Assembly (NCBI GenBank): GCA_965207735.1 | Contig: OZ242296.1 | Coordinates: 3,712,001-3,776,000, forward strand | Direction: 5' to 3' | Source: Candidatus Versatilivorator sp. | Lineage (GTDB): Bacteria; Acidobacteriota; Terriglobia; Versatilivoradales; Versatilivoraceae | DNA length: 64,000 bases | Shown here: positions 50,598 through 60,421 of the stretch, piece after piece | How the letters are laid out: each line of letters opens with the position of its first letter | Position numbering within the stretch: the first letter of the stretch is position 1 | Position numbers and translations under genes: made by a program | The notes under the pieces: model-generated | Seen by the model: the letters and a program-made list of their open reading frames with translations, nothing else | Told to the model about the DNA's origin: nothing | The model's database searches: none

Positions 50598-50972
50598 ATG
50601 TTCTTCAAGGAAAACGATTCGACCGGGGTCCGACGAGTGGATGGTATCCACGAGGGCCGGGGCGCCATTCAAGTGCGGTCCTTTTTTGACGGCAAGAGCC
50701 GACTGGGGACGCGCTTCCACGTTTGGGAACTCGATCCGGGGACCAGCGAAGGCACCCACACCCACGAGGAAGCGGGGGCTTTGGAGGAGATCTACTATTT
50801 TACCCAGGGCCGGGGAAGGATGTGGATTGGAGACGACCATGTGGACGTCTCTGCCGGGGATGCCATCCTGGTGCCTGCGGGAGTGCCTCACGGCTTCGAG
50901 AACAACGGGACTTCGCCACTAAGAGTCGTCCTCTTTTTCGGCAAGCCGCAACCGGACCAATCCCCTTCCTAG
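50598..50972 (+). CDS. Cupin domain protein
   Basis: EG.HTH...LEEIYY...G.G, PAGVPHG..N; GGAGGAG RBS. Confidence 0.85.
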   Translation: MFFKENDSTGVRRVDGIHEGRGAIQVRSFFDGKSRLGTRFHVWELDPGTSEGTHTHEEAGALEEIYYFTQGRGRMWIGDDHVDVSAGDAILVPAGVPHGFENNGTSPLRVVLFFGKPQPDQSPS

Positions 50973-51015
50973 TAACGGCCCGGAGCGATGCCGGGACTTG
51001 AGACCGCGGCCAGCC

Positions 51016-51960
51016 ATGAGACTTCGCAAGTTGGGAAATACCGGGTTGACTGCCTCCGAGGTGTCCCTGGGGACGGCCGAGATCGGCCTGGATTACGGAT
51101 TCAAGGACTCGCCTCAATATTCCCGGCCTGCTATTCGGGACTCGATCCGTTTGATTCACCAGTGTGTGGATCGGGGGATCAGTTGGCTGGATACGGCTCG
51201 GGCCTACGGCAACAGCGAGGAGGTAATCGGACAGGCTCTGAAGGACCTGTCCCCCAGACCTCGGATTTCCAGCAAGGTGATCTTCGATGGTCCGGTCGGC
51301 GACATGAACCCCGGTAGGCAGCGGGACCATGTGTTCCATTCGATCGAATCCAGCCTGCGGGCCCTTCAGGCGGATGCCATCGACCTGCTCTACATCCACA
51401 ATGCCACCGAGAAGCTGCTGGGGCAGACCGCTATCCGCGATTCGCTGGAGGAAGCCCGGTCCCAGGGGAAAATCAGGCTGGCGGGAGCGACCTGCTATGG
51501 GGAGGAAGACGCCCTGGCCGTCCTGAAAGACCCGCTGTTTCAGGTGCTGCAGGTCCCTTTCAACCTCCTCAACCAGAAAATGAGACAGCGGGTCTTTCCG
51601 GAAGCAGCTCGCAAGGGAGTCGGTGTCTTTGTGCGGTCCGCTTTCTTGCGGGGAGTGCTCACGCCTCAGATCGATTTCCTGCCCGAAAAGCTGGCCCCGC
51701 TTCGGGAGCAGGCCTCCAGGATTCTCCAGGTTCTGGGTCCGGAGGTGGACGGTCTTGCCGAGGCCGCCCTGCGTTTCTGCCTTTCCCTGCCGGAAATCTC
51801 CTCGGTCCTGATGGGATTGAAGAATGAGGCCGAGTTGGAGTCCAATGTTTCCAGCCTTTCCCGAGGCCCGCTGCCGGAGGCGGTGATGCCGGCCATGGCG
51901 GGGATGTCTTTGTCCGATCGCACCCTGGTGGACCCTATCTACTGGCAGGACCTGATTTGA
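51016..51960 (+). CDS. Aldo/keto reductase
   Basis: LGNTGL..SEVSLGT, DTARAYG.SEE, SK, IDLLYIH, QVPFNLL. Confidence 0.92.
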   Translation: MRLRKLGNTGLTASEVSLGTAEIGLDYGFKDSPQYSRPAIRDSIRLIHQCVDRGISWLDTARAYGNSEEVIGQALKDLSPRPRISSKVIFDGPVGDMNPGRQRDHVFHSIESSLRALQADAIDLLYIHNATEKLLGQTAIRDSLEEARSQGKIRLAGATCYGEEDALAVLKDPLFQVLQVPFNLLNQKMRQRVFPEAARKGVGVFVRSAFLRGVLTPQIDFLPEKLAPLREQASRILQVLGPEVDGLAEAALRFCLSLPEISSVLMGLKNEAELESNVSSLSRGPLPEAVMPAMAGMSLSDRTLVDPIYWQDLI

Positions 51961-51990
51961 TCGAGGCCGCCCTACTGGAGGTGATGACGC

Positions 51991-52977
51991 ATGGTACCGA
52001 AATCCAAGTCCGAGGACCGCTTCCGGCAAGGCCGTGACAGAGGCTGCCGGTTTCTGATGCGGCAGTTGCGGCCGGATGGAGGCTTCGGATCGCCTGAACG
52101 CGGGCTGGCGGATTACTACAAGGTCCCATTGGCCTTGATGGTCAGCGGGGCCAGCGCCGAGGCCAATCGGCTCCTGGACTGGATTCGCCGGCACGGTCAA
52201 GGCCGGGACGGAGACTTCGGACCCCGCTTGCCGGAAACCAACGGGTACTACTACATTTACTACAACATCTGGGTCATTATCGCGGCCCACCGCCAGGGGC
52301 ACTTCGACTTGTCTCAACGGGGCATGGACTTTGTGATGCGCTTCTACGATGAGGAGAGCGGCGGATTCTATTCCAGCCCCCTCCAGAGGACCGCCAGAGT
52401 CTTGCAGGACCTCTGGGTGGTGAGCGGAGGGGGCCAGGCCGCCCTCTACACCGGCCGGATGCGGGAGAGCCTTGGGGTCGGCCGCTGGATGAAGCGGTTG
52501 ATGGGTTTGCAGCCCAACTACCCGGAGCAGCTCTATTCGGTCTACAGCCGTGCGGGCGGTCTCCAATCGAACTTCAGTCCGGAGGAAGAAATCCGTTTCG
52601 TGTTGAACGCCTCTGCCGAGCGGGACGAATACTTCTTTCATCCCGGGATCGCCGCAGGCTTCCTGGCGAATCTTTACAAGGCGACCGCGCAGAAGGAATG
52701 GCTCCGCCTGGCCCGGGACTATCTGAGGCTGGCCGAGATTGCCAGCGATTTCAACTACAGGAGCCTGCGAGCGGGAAAGGTGGCCTGGGCCGCCTCCAAC
52801 CTCTTCACCCTGACCGGTGAGCGGAAATATGCTGAAATGGCCGCACGGGTGGGCGACAATGTGCTGGCCGCTCAGGCCGAGGACGGTTGCTGGAAATTCG
52901 GCCAGATGAGCAGCAACGACGCCACCGCCGAGATGGTGGTGTGGCTGGACGAAGTGCATCAGGCCATCGGCGGCTGA
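51991..52977 (+). CDS. Hypothetical protein, probable (alpha/alpha)-barrel (prenyltransferase/squalene-cyclase-like QxxDGxF/W repeats)
   Basis: QLRPDGGF, QGRDGDF, ESGGFY, QAEDGCW repeats; GGAGG RBS. Confidence 0.75.
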   Translation: MVPKSKSEDRFRQGRDRGCRFLMRQLRPDGGFGSPERGLADYYKVPLALMVSGASAEANRLLDWIRRHGQGRDGDFGPRLPETNGYYYIYYNIWVIIAAHRQGHFDLSQRGMDFVMRFYDEESGGFYSSPLQRTARVLQDLWVVSGGGQAALYTGRMRESLGVGRWMKRLMGLQPNYPEQLYSVYSRAGGLQSNFSPEEEIRFVLNASAERDEYFFHPGIAAGFLANLYKATAQKEWLRLARDYLRLAEIASDFNYRSLRAGKVAWAASNLFTLTGERKYAEMAARVGDNVLAAQAEDGCWKFGQMSSNDATAEMVVWLDEVHQAIGG

Positions 52978-53094
52978 GGAATGGCTGTCCGGGTATGGGC
53001 GCTGGTCGTGTCACAACCCCATGCGGAGGGTTCGGCCGTTCGCCCGTCCTTCCCCGGCCGCGGTCTCACAACCAAGGAAAGAGGAGAAGACGAT

Positions 53095-53463
53095 ATGCCT
53101 TTTATCAACATCCTGGAACTTCCGCCTCTCGAGCTTCAGCCCGGAGTCCGGCTTCGCACCCCCTACGGCAAGAACCTGATGCTCTCCTATCTGGAGATCG
53201 AGGAGGGCGCCGTGGTTCCTTTGCACAACCATCCCCATGAGCAGGGGGGAATCGTGCTGGAGGGAAAGCTCAAGATGACGATCGGAGACCAGACCCGTGT
53301 CTGCGAGGCGGGGTCGATGTTCCTGGTGCCCCCCAACGTCTACCACAAGGCCGTGGCAGTGGGTGGACCGGTGCGGGCGCTGGATATTTTCAGCCCTGTC
53401 CGCGAGGATTACGCCAAGCTGTCCAATACCTATGTCGGCGACGCCGACGCCGAGCCCGGCTAG
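53095..53463 (+). CDS. Cupin domain protein
   Basis: PLHNHPHEQ.G, VPPNVYH, LDIFSPVREDY. Confidence 0.9.
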   Translation: MPFINILELPPLELQPGVRLRTPYGKNLMLSYLEIEEGAVVPLHNHPHEQGGIVLEGKLKMTIGDQTRVCEAGSMFLVPPNVYHKAVAVGGPVRALDIFSPVREDYAKLSNTYVGDADAEPG

Positions 53464-53533
53464 CCTGCATCTCTCACCAGGGTCGGGAAGCGTGGAATTT
53501 CGATCCGCGAAAGAGTAGGAAGGACAAGACATC

Positions 53534-55222
53534 ATGCTGAATCGCAGGCGGTTTCTGCAGAGCGTGGGTGCGGCCGCACCCCTATCCATGGTCTCAACCG
53601 CGGGCAGCCTGTCGCCCGCCCGCCCGGCCGACGATCCGGCGCCGGCCGAGCCACTCGTGTTTCTGCGGGAAGACTTTCACCACATGTCGGGGATCGCTCC
53701 GCCTCTGACCAGGGCGGATGTGACCAAGACGGTGGACCAGGTTGCCGGCACCTCGGTGAACACCCTCATATTCCAACTGGCTCCCCGGGGTGGCATGTGC
53801 ATTTACGACACCAAGGTCGGAGAGATGCATGGGAGCAACGTGCGCAAATGGAACCATGCGGTGAACTATCGGGACGGCCTGCATGTGCGCCAACTGGTGC
53901 GCGAGGGTTGGGATCGTCCCCAGTTGTTCTGCGACCGCTGCCATGAAAAGGGGATGCTGTTTCTTGCCAGTGCTCACCTCAACCTCGGGGCCGGGGCTGC
54001 CGAGCAGGCCCGGGGCACCGGTCGACTTTCCGACTTCGTGCTCGACAGCGATCACTTGCGGGTGGGCAAGGATGAAGATCCGCGAGCCCGCAACATTTCC
54101 CCGGTCCGGCTCAACTTCATCCATCCCGAAGTCAGGGAGGAGCGCCTCCGCATCTTCAAGGAATTGCTCACCCGTTACACGACCGACGGCGTGGAGGTAC
54201 ACTCCGAGGTGCTCCCCATCTGCCGCTTCAACCAGGTGAGCCAATGCGCGCCCCTGCTCACTCGGTGGCTACGGGACCTGAAGGCCATAGCCGAGAAGGC
54301 GGAGAAGGAGCAGGGCCGGCGCAAACGGGTCTACATGCGAATCCCGGCGAACCCCCAGGCCTGGGAGGCCGCGGGCCTCGAGGTGGCCGACTGGATTTCG
54401 GAGGGGTTGGTGGACGGACTGATCTGTGCCTCCACCGACCCGGAAGTTTTCGACCAGGACATCGATATATCCAAGGTGGTTTCGCTGGCCCGGGGGAGTT
54501 CCTGCCGCATTCTGGTCGAGTGTGGGACGACCCTGGGGAAGCGGCGGGACGACAAGCCGACCGCCAGGCTGGTGTGGGGGGCTGCCGCCAACGCTTACCA
54601 CCAGGGAGCGGCCGGCTTTGGAATCAACGACATGGTACGAAGCCAGCGACTGGCTTTCCTGGAGCCCATGGTGGACGCGCTGCGTCCGTTGGGGTCTCCG
54701 GAGATGTTGGAAACCGCCGACAAGATCTACCATGTGCGCGACCAGCCTCGCAATCCCGGGAATTTCGGGTCGGGCCTGCCTGGATTCGATCCCGTGCTTC
54801 CCAAGCCGCTTGAAGTTGGACAGCCTCAGGAAGTGCCGTTACGGGTTGCCGACGATCTCCGCCGCTGGCACTCCCTGGACCGGCTGAGGTCTGCCAGGTT
54901 GAGGGTCCGCATCAACAACCTGGAGCCCTCCCTCAACCGGCTCAGCATCGAGCTCAACGGCAAGCCGCTGCCCGACTCCATGCTGCAGATCACCGACTTG
55001 AACTACCGCTTCGTCAAGGAAGGAGTGGCCTACCAGGGAAGTCAGATCTATGAGTACCGGCTGTCCCCCGAGCATTACCCCAATCCCGGGGAAAACGTGG
55101 TCAAGGTGACCTTGCTTGAGAAGGACCCGGATGTGGATCTGCTGTTCGCCATCCAAGATGTGGACTGCTCCATCGAATACCGGCTGCACCGGCATTTCGA
55201 GCCGAGGCCCATCGAGTATTGA
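53534..55222 (+). CDS. Tat-exported glycoside-hydrolase-like (GHL10/DUF187-like TIM barrel) protein
   Basis: NRRRFLQ Tat motif; LNF.HPEVR.ER, Y.TDGVE, W.SEGLVDGL; C-terminal beta domain. Confidence 0.7.
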   Translation: MLNRRRFLQSVGAAAPLSMVSTAGSLSPARPADDPAPAEPLVFLREDFHHMSGIAPPLTRADVTKTVDQVAGTSVNTLIFQLAPRGGMCIYDTKVGEMHGSNVRKWNHAVNYRDGLHVRQLVREGWDRPQLFCDRCHEKGMLFLASAHLNLGAGAAEQARGTGRLSDFVLDSDHLRVGKDEDPRARNISPVRLNFIHPEVREERLRIFKELLTRYTTDGVEVHSEVLPICRFNQVSQCAPLLTRWLRDLKAIAEKAEKEQGRRKRVYMRIPANPQAWEAAGLEVADWISEGLVDGLICASTDPEVFDQDIDISKVVSLARGSSCRILVECGTTLGKRRDDKPTARLVWGAAANAYHQGAAGFGINDMVRSQRLAFLEPMVDALRPLGSPEMLETADKIYHVRDQPRNPGNFGSGLPGFDPVLPKPLEVGQPQEVPLRVADDLRRWHSLDRLRSARLRVRINNLEPSLNRLSIELNGKPLPDSMLQITDLNYRFVKEGVAYQGSQIYEYRLSPEHYPNPGENVVKVTLLEKDPDVDLLFAIQDVDCSIEYRLHRHFEPRPIEY

Positions 55223-55281
55223 CATGAGAAAGGAGGAGCAGCCTTGACGGTTCCATGGAGTCCGTCAGGCCGCGACCAACC

Positions 55282-57042
55282 ATGAAGCGCAGACATTTCT
55301 TGCAAGCTCTGGGCGTGGCGGCCCCCGGCGCCGCCCTGGCCTCGCCGGCCTCAGCCTCGGCCGCAAAGCGCCGCCAGGGAGCCTCCGGGGAGGGGAAGGC
55401 GGGCGACCCCAGGGTCTTCTTCTACGACGACGGGCGCCACTATTCCGGTCTCTATCAATTCGCCCCGCCGCTGGAGGCTGCCGATCTGACCTACGCCGTG
55501 GATCAACTGGTCGACAGCGGCGTCGACACCCTGCTCTATTCGGCCGGACTGGAAGGGGGCGCCGTCCAGTACGGCAGCCAGGTGGCTCCATTGTGGGGCG
55601 ACAACGTGGATGTCTGGGTGCACCCCATCTTCTACCGCGCCTCACGCAACCTCAAGCAACTGGTGGCCGACGGCAACGACCCCATGCGCATCCTGGCCGA
55701 GCGCTGTCACCGGAAGGGAATCTGGTTCATTCCCACCTGTCCGGTCTGCATCATCGGAGGAGGCGCGGAATCGGAGCGGGGTTACGGCAGGAAGTCCGAT
55801 TTCGTTTTCGACAACCCCCAGTTTTGCGTGGGGGAGGACGATCATCCGCAGGCGCAGCTCCTGGGACGCATGTTCGGCGCCGGGCGACTCAACTTTCTCC
55901 ACGCCGAGGTGCGCAGGGAGCGGTTCCGGATCTTCGAGGAATTGCTCACTCGTTACGAGTCCGACGGGGTGGAGTTGGACTTCTCGCTGGACAACGAATT
56001 CGGACCCTTCTGCCGTTTCGGCGAAGTGACTCGACTGGCCCCCGTCCTGACGCAGTGGATCCGGGACATCAGAGAGGTGGCCCGCAAGGCCGAGGAAGCG
56101 CAAGGCCGGCGCAAGCGGGTCTATGTGCGGATCCCCGCGGGTCCCCCCTCCATGTGGAGGATTCCCGGATTTGAAGTGGAGACCTGGGTGACGGAAAAAC
56201 TGGTGGACGGATTGGTCTGCATGAGTCCATACAAGAAGGAGACTCCCAGGAACAACATGCTCCTGTTCGATCAGGATCTGAACCTGTCTGCCGCCGTGAG
56301 GCTGACCCGGGGAACCGGTTGCCGGGTGCTGGCGGGGATCACCAGCCGCCTGGGGCGTCAACTGGAGAGCACGGCCACGGCTCCCATGCTCTGGGGGGCG
56401 GCGGCCCTGGCTTACGACAAGGGAGCCGACGGGTTCGGTCTGAGCTCGGGAGGATGGGCCCCGAACGGCTGGCCCTGGACGGCACCGGAGTACGAGACTT
56501 TGCGCTTGCTGGGGCAGCCTGAGCTGCTGGCCACCGCCGACAAGAACTATCGGGTCCGCTCGCTGGACCGCGCCGCAAGCGATCCCAAGCCCTTGTTCCC
56601 GATTCAGGACCCTGTCCTTCCCCAAAGATTGCCCGAGGGGAAACTCGTGACCCTGCCCCTGGCCGTGGCCGACGACCTGTCACCATGGCAGGCCTTGGGA
56701 CGCGTCAAGTCGGTGCGGCTACGGGTGCGGGTTACCTCCATCGAGCCCTCCCTCGACAAGCTGGCCGTCAGCCTCAATGGCCGGACTCTGCCGGACGCCA
56801 TCAGAAACGACATCGATCTGCATTTCAGAGTTCTGAAGAACATGGCTGTCGGGCCCTACGGCTACATTCTGGAATACCACCTGCCTCCCGAACACTACCC
56901 CAGGAAGGGAACCAACCAGGTCGGGGTGACCCTGGTCCAGCGTGATCCCAGGATCAATTCCCCGGTCGACGTGGTGGATGTGGACTGCCATATCGACTAT
57001 CGCCACCATAGGAACTTCGAGGACTCCCCCATCCAGTACTGA
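55282..57042 (+). CDS. Tat-exported glycoside-hydrolase-like protein, paralog of the upstream gene
   Basis: KRRHFLQ Tat motif; YDDGRH, LNF.HAEVRRER, YESDGVELDF, WVTEKLVDGL. Confidence 0.72.
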   Translation: MKRRHFLQALGVAAPGAALASPASASAAKRRQGASGEGKAGDPRVFFYDDGRHYSGLYQFAPPLEAADLTYAVDQLVDSGVDTLLYSAGLEGGAVQYGSQVAPLWGDNVDVWVHPIFYRASRNLKQLVADGNDPMRILAERCHRKGIWFIPTCPVCIIGGGAESERGYGRKSDFVFDNPQFCVGEDDHPQAQLLGRMFGAGRLNFLHAEVRRERFRIFEELLTRYESDGVELDFSLDNEFGPFCRFGEVTRLAPVLTQWIRDIREVARKAEEAQGRRKRVYVRIPAGPPSMWRIPGFEVETWVTEKLVDGLVCMSPYKKETPRNNMLLFDQDLNLSAAVRLTRGTGCRVLAGITSRLGRQLESTATAPMLWGAAALAYDKGADGFGLSSGGWAPNGWPWTAPEYETLRLLGQPELLATADKNYRVRSLDRAASDPKPLFPIQDPVLPQRLPEGKLVTLPLAVADDLSPWQALGRVKSVRLRVRVTSIEPSLDKLAVSLNGRTLPDAIRNDIDLHFRVLKNMAVGPYGYILEYHLPPEHYPRKGTNQVGVTLVQRDPRINSPVDVVDVDCHIDYRHHRNFEDSPIQY

Positions 57043-57186
57043 GGGGAGGGTTGGACTTCAGAGCTCAGTTGCCCAGGAAGCGGACTGGCTCGATGATCGC
57101 CTCAAATCCGACATCTTCAATCATTTCGTGAGCTTGATGCGACTTCGTCCCCCCGGTGTCCCTTCGCGGATCGTCGCTCGGCTGTC

Positions 57187-58503
57187 TCAGGCAGGTTTGG
57201 CCGGTCTGATGATGGGCAGCCGGAACACCAGCCAGAGCGCCCCCAGGATGGTGGCGATGGCGAATCCGAAGCTGGCGGCGAATCCGAACCCGCCGGTCAA
57301 GGCTCCGTGGGTGGCGGGAGCCACGCTGGAAGCCAGCGGAGCCAGGGCCATGACCGACATGTTTCGGGCTCCCTCCGCCGCCGGCGAGATGCTGACTACG
57401 TAGTTGGGAAGGTAGGCTCCTCCCAGTTCTCCCGCTCCCAGCAACCCGAAGGAAAGCAGGTAGCCGAAGCCCGGCACCAGCCAGGCCCAGGCGATTCCCG
57501 CTCCCACCAGCAGGACCGTTGTGGTCACCGGCGACCGAATTCCCCTGCGGAGAGCCAAAGCCCCCAGCAGGAACCCGGCCACCGACTTGAATCCGAAGCG
57601 AAGGGCCATCACCAGTCCCGAAAACTCCTTGGGTTCCCTCCCCATGGCCTGCCGGGTATAGAGCGAGAGGTTGGGCATGGATGATAGCGAGAAGTACCAG
57701 AGCACATAGGCGATCCAGGTCAGGGCCAGGGGGCGGGAGGAAAAAAAGGCCCCGATGCTGCTCCGGAGATAAGGCAGCAAGGGCGGGCGCTGCTTCTGTT
57801 CCTTGACCGGAACCAGCTGGTAGCGGCTGCTGAGAAAGGCCACCGTGGCCATGCAGGGCACGCCGATGCCGTAGAGGAAGGCGAAGTCCAGGGGATAGGG
57901 CAAGAAGGGCAGTCCCCGGTTCAGAATGAACTGGGCTCCCAGGGAGCCGGCTACCGCGGCCAGGGGAGTGAACCCGAAAGCGATGCCGAAGATTCTGGCA
58001 CGCCCGGGCGTGGTGGTTCCGCGGCGCAGGCATTGGAAACCGAAAGCGTGGGCCACCGAATTGGAAACGCCCTGGATCAGGCCCTGGGCCAGGAGAGCGG
58101 CAATGCGGACCGCGTTGGAGAAGGGCAGCAGCAAGGTGGTCCCCACGGCAGCCAGCACGGTGGTGCTGATGCCGTAGGACCAGACCACGGTGGCCCTTTC
58201 CAGGCGGTAAGGGATGAGCCAGGAACAGATCAACGGCCCGAGCCCGCCCAGCAGGTGGAGGGATGCGGGCAGGCTGGCGACCGTGTAGCCGGCCCCGAGC
58301 TTGTCGCACAGGGCAGCCTGGACAATGCCGATGTAGGTGACCGGGGCGGCCAAGTAGATCAGCACGTAGGAGCAGAAGAAAAGGACCCCGTTCCGGCGTT
58401 CCATGGACGGCGTCAGGCCTTCCAGTTCCTGCTGCTCGGGAAGTGAGTCGGTGGTGTCAGGAGTCGTTCCCGGGGAACCGGAAGGGTCGCTATTTTGAAA
58501 CAC
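57187..58503 (-). CDS. MFS transporter
   Basis: About 12 TM segments in two halves with a central loop. Confidence 0.8.
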   Translation of the reverse strand: MFQNSDPSGSPGTTPDTTDSLPEQQELEGLTPSMERRNGVLFFCSYVLIYLAAPVTYIGIVQAALCDKLGAGYTVASLPASLHLLGGLGPLICSWLIPYRLERATVVWSYGISTTVLAAVGTTLLLPFSNAVRIAALLAQGLIQGVSNSVAHAFGFQCLRRGTTTPGRARIFGIAFGFTPLAAVAGSLGAQFILNRGLPFLPYPLDFAFLYGIGVPCMATVAFLSSRYQLVPVKEQKQRPPLLPYLRSSIGAFFSSRPLALTWIAYVLWYFSLSSMPNLSLYTRQAMGREPKEFSGLVMALRFGFKSVAGFLLGALALRRGIRSPVTTTVLLVGAGIAWAWLVPGFGYLLSFGLLGAGELGGAYLPNYVVSISPAAEGARNMSVMALAPLASSVAPATHGALTGGFGFAASFGFAIATILGALWLVFRLPIIRPAKPA

Positions 58504-58650
58504 CCCTGTTTCACCCCGTATCAGCCGCCCCGTCGAATGGGAGGTCGGCGCGGCCAGATGAATAGTGAAGAGCTTAAAGACAGTGGAGAGTAATTAGTGG
58601 TCAATTGTTTCGCAGTGTATGGTCCGCACGGCAGGGCGGAGCCTGGCTAA

Positions 58651-59412
58651 TCAGGGCCGAGGCAGGACGAACCCTCCATCCACCCGAAGGAAGCTACCCG
58701 TCATGTAGGAGGAATCCTCTTCCGAGACCATGAACAGGATGGCCTTGGCCATCTCCTCGGAGGTCCCCAGACGGCCCATCAGCAGCTTGCTGCCCCGTTC
58801 CTTGATCTGCTGGTCAGAGGTATAGGCGCGTTCTCCGGGAGTGTCGATCCAGCCGGGCTCCAGGACGTTCACCCGGATCCTGTATTGGGCCAGTTCCGCC
58901 GCCCAGGTCGCCGCCATGTGGTTGATGGCGGCTTTGGCGCCGTTGTAGGCGGTGGATAGGGCATAGGGTCGAAAGGCGTGCACCGAGCTCACGATGGCGA
59001 TGCTGCCTCCATTCCCCTGCTTCACCATCTGGCGGGCGGCCAGTTGGCAGCAGTGGAAGACGCCCCACAGCGTCACGCCCCAGGTCTTCTCCACCTCCTC
59101 GACCTCCATTTCGAGGAAGGGCTTACGGATGCTGTAGGCCGCGTTGGCGACCATGATGTCCAGTCGGCCCAGTCTTTCCACCGTCTCTCGAACCATGGCT
59201 TCGTCCTGGGCTCTATCGGCCACGCTTCCCTGAAACAGGAAGGAACGGCGTCCCAGCCCCTGGATTTCCCGAACCACTTCGCGCCCTTCCTCCGGGTGGC
59301 TGTAGGCATTCACGGCGACGTCGGCGCCGTTTCTGGCCAGCTCGATGGCGGCGGCACGGCCGATCCCACGGGATGATCCGGTGACAATGGCGACTTTGTT
59401 CTTGAGTTTCAT
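58651..59412 (-). CDS. SDR family oxidoreductase (glucose 1-dehydrogenase-like)
   Basis: TGSSRGIG, VSSVH, YNGAK, PGWIDTPG. Confidence 0.92.
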   Translation of the reverse strand: MKLKNKVAIVTGSSRGIGRAAAIELARNGADVAVNAYSHPEEGREVVREIQGLGRRSFLFQGSVADRAQDEAMVRETVERLGRLDIMVANAAYSIRKPFLEMEVEEVEKTWGVTLWGVFHCCQLAARQMVKQGNGGSIAIVSSVHAFRPYALSTAYNGAKAAINHMAATWAAELAQYRIRVNVLEPGWIDTPGERAYTSDQQIKERGSKLLMGRLGTSEEMAKAILFMVSEEDSSYMTGSFLRVDGGFVLPRP

Positions 59413-59515
59413 TGGCGCTCGACCTCGTTTGGCAAGTTCTTCCACCCCATGAAGGATCCCCATTCTGACACAAGCCCGGGCACCGGCCAACGCCAATTGA
59501 GCCTACCTCCGGTGG

Positions 59516-60421
59516 TCAGGGTACGGAGACCTCCGAGCTGCCCGATTCCTTGAGGGCCAGATAGGTGGAACTGAGGAATATCAGGGTTCCCCCCAGCCAC
59601 ACCCAGCGGTCGGGCACTTCCCCGAAGACCAGGAAACCCAACAGGGCGGCCCAGACGAGCTGCAGGAAGTCGAAGGGAAGCACCGCCGAGGCCTCGGCCA
59701 TCTTGAAAGCCTGGGCCAGGCAGATCTGTCCCGCTGTTCCAAGCAGACCCACCAGCAGCAGCCAGAAAAGTTGCTCCCCGCCGGGCCAATTCCAGACCGG
59801 CAGCGCCGCCAGCAGGGAAAAGGGAGTGGTAAAGAGCACCATGTAGGTGGCGATGGTCAGGCTGGAATCGGTGCGGGAGAGCGCCTTGATGAAGACCAGG
59901 CTTACCGCCCACATCACGGCTGACAGCAGAATGAGTGGCGGTCCCCAACCGAAGTCCTGAGTACCGGGTCGCAGGATGACGGCGGCGCCCGCCATTCCGG
60001 TGGCGATCACCCCCAGCCGGCGCAGCCGGAAGGGCTCCTTCAGGACCAGGATAGCCAGCAGGGACGCAAAGAGGGGAGAGGTGAAGTTGAGGGCCGCGAT
60101 GGAGGCAATGGGGGTGATGAGCACGGCCGAATAGAAAGCCAGCATGGCCAGCAGGTTGAAGACACCTCTGCCGAGATGAAGCCTGACCTTGCGGGTCTTC
60201 AGGAACTCCAGGCCTCGGTGCGACTGCCAGGCGACCAGCGCCGCCAGTCCGAAAAAGTTGCGGAAGAAAGCCAATTGAAAGGGGTGCAGTTGCCCCGGGA
60301 CCATGCGGATGCAGACCACCATGCAGGTCAACACCAGGGTAGCCAGCACCATCAGCAGGGCGCCGGAAATCCTGTGGGTGGAAGGGTGGATTCTCATTAT
60401 TGCCTGGTTGGTTGAATCCAT
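59516..60421 (-). CDS. DMT/EamA family transporter
   Basis: Ten TM segments; QLAFFR, FTSPLFA, LKEP, AEAS.V.PFDFLQL, FGEVP. Confidence 0.9.
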   Translation of the reverse strand: MDSTNQAIMRIHPSTHRISGALLMVLATLVLTCMVVCIRMVPGQLHPFQLAFFRNFFGLAALVAWQSHRGLEFLKTRKVRLHLGRGVFNLLAMLAFYSAVLITPIASIAALNFTSPLFASLLAILVLKEPFRLRRLGVIATGMAGAAVILRPGTQDFGWGPPLILLSAVMWAVSLVFIKALSRTDSSLTIATYMVLFTTPFSLLAALPVWNWPGGEQLFWLLLVGLLGTAGQICLAQAFKMAEASAVLPFDFLQLVWAALLGFLVFGEVPDRWVWLGGTLIFLSSTYLALKESGSSEVSVP

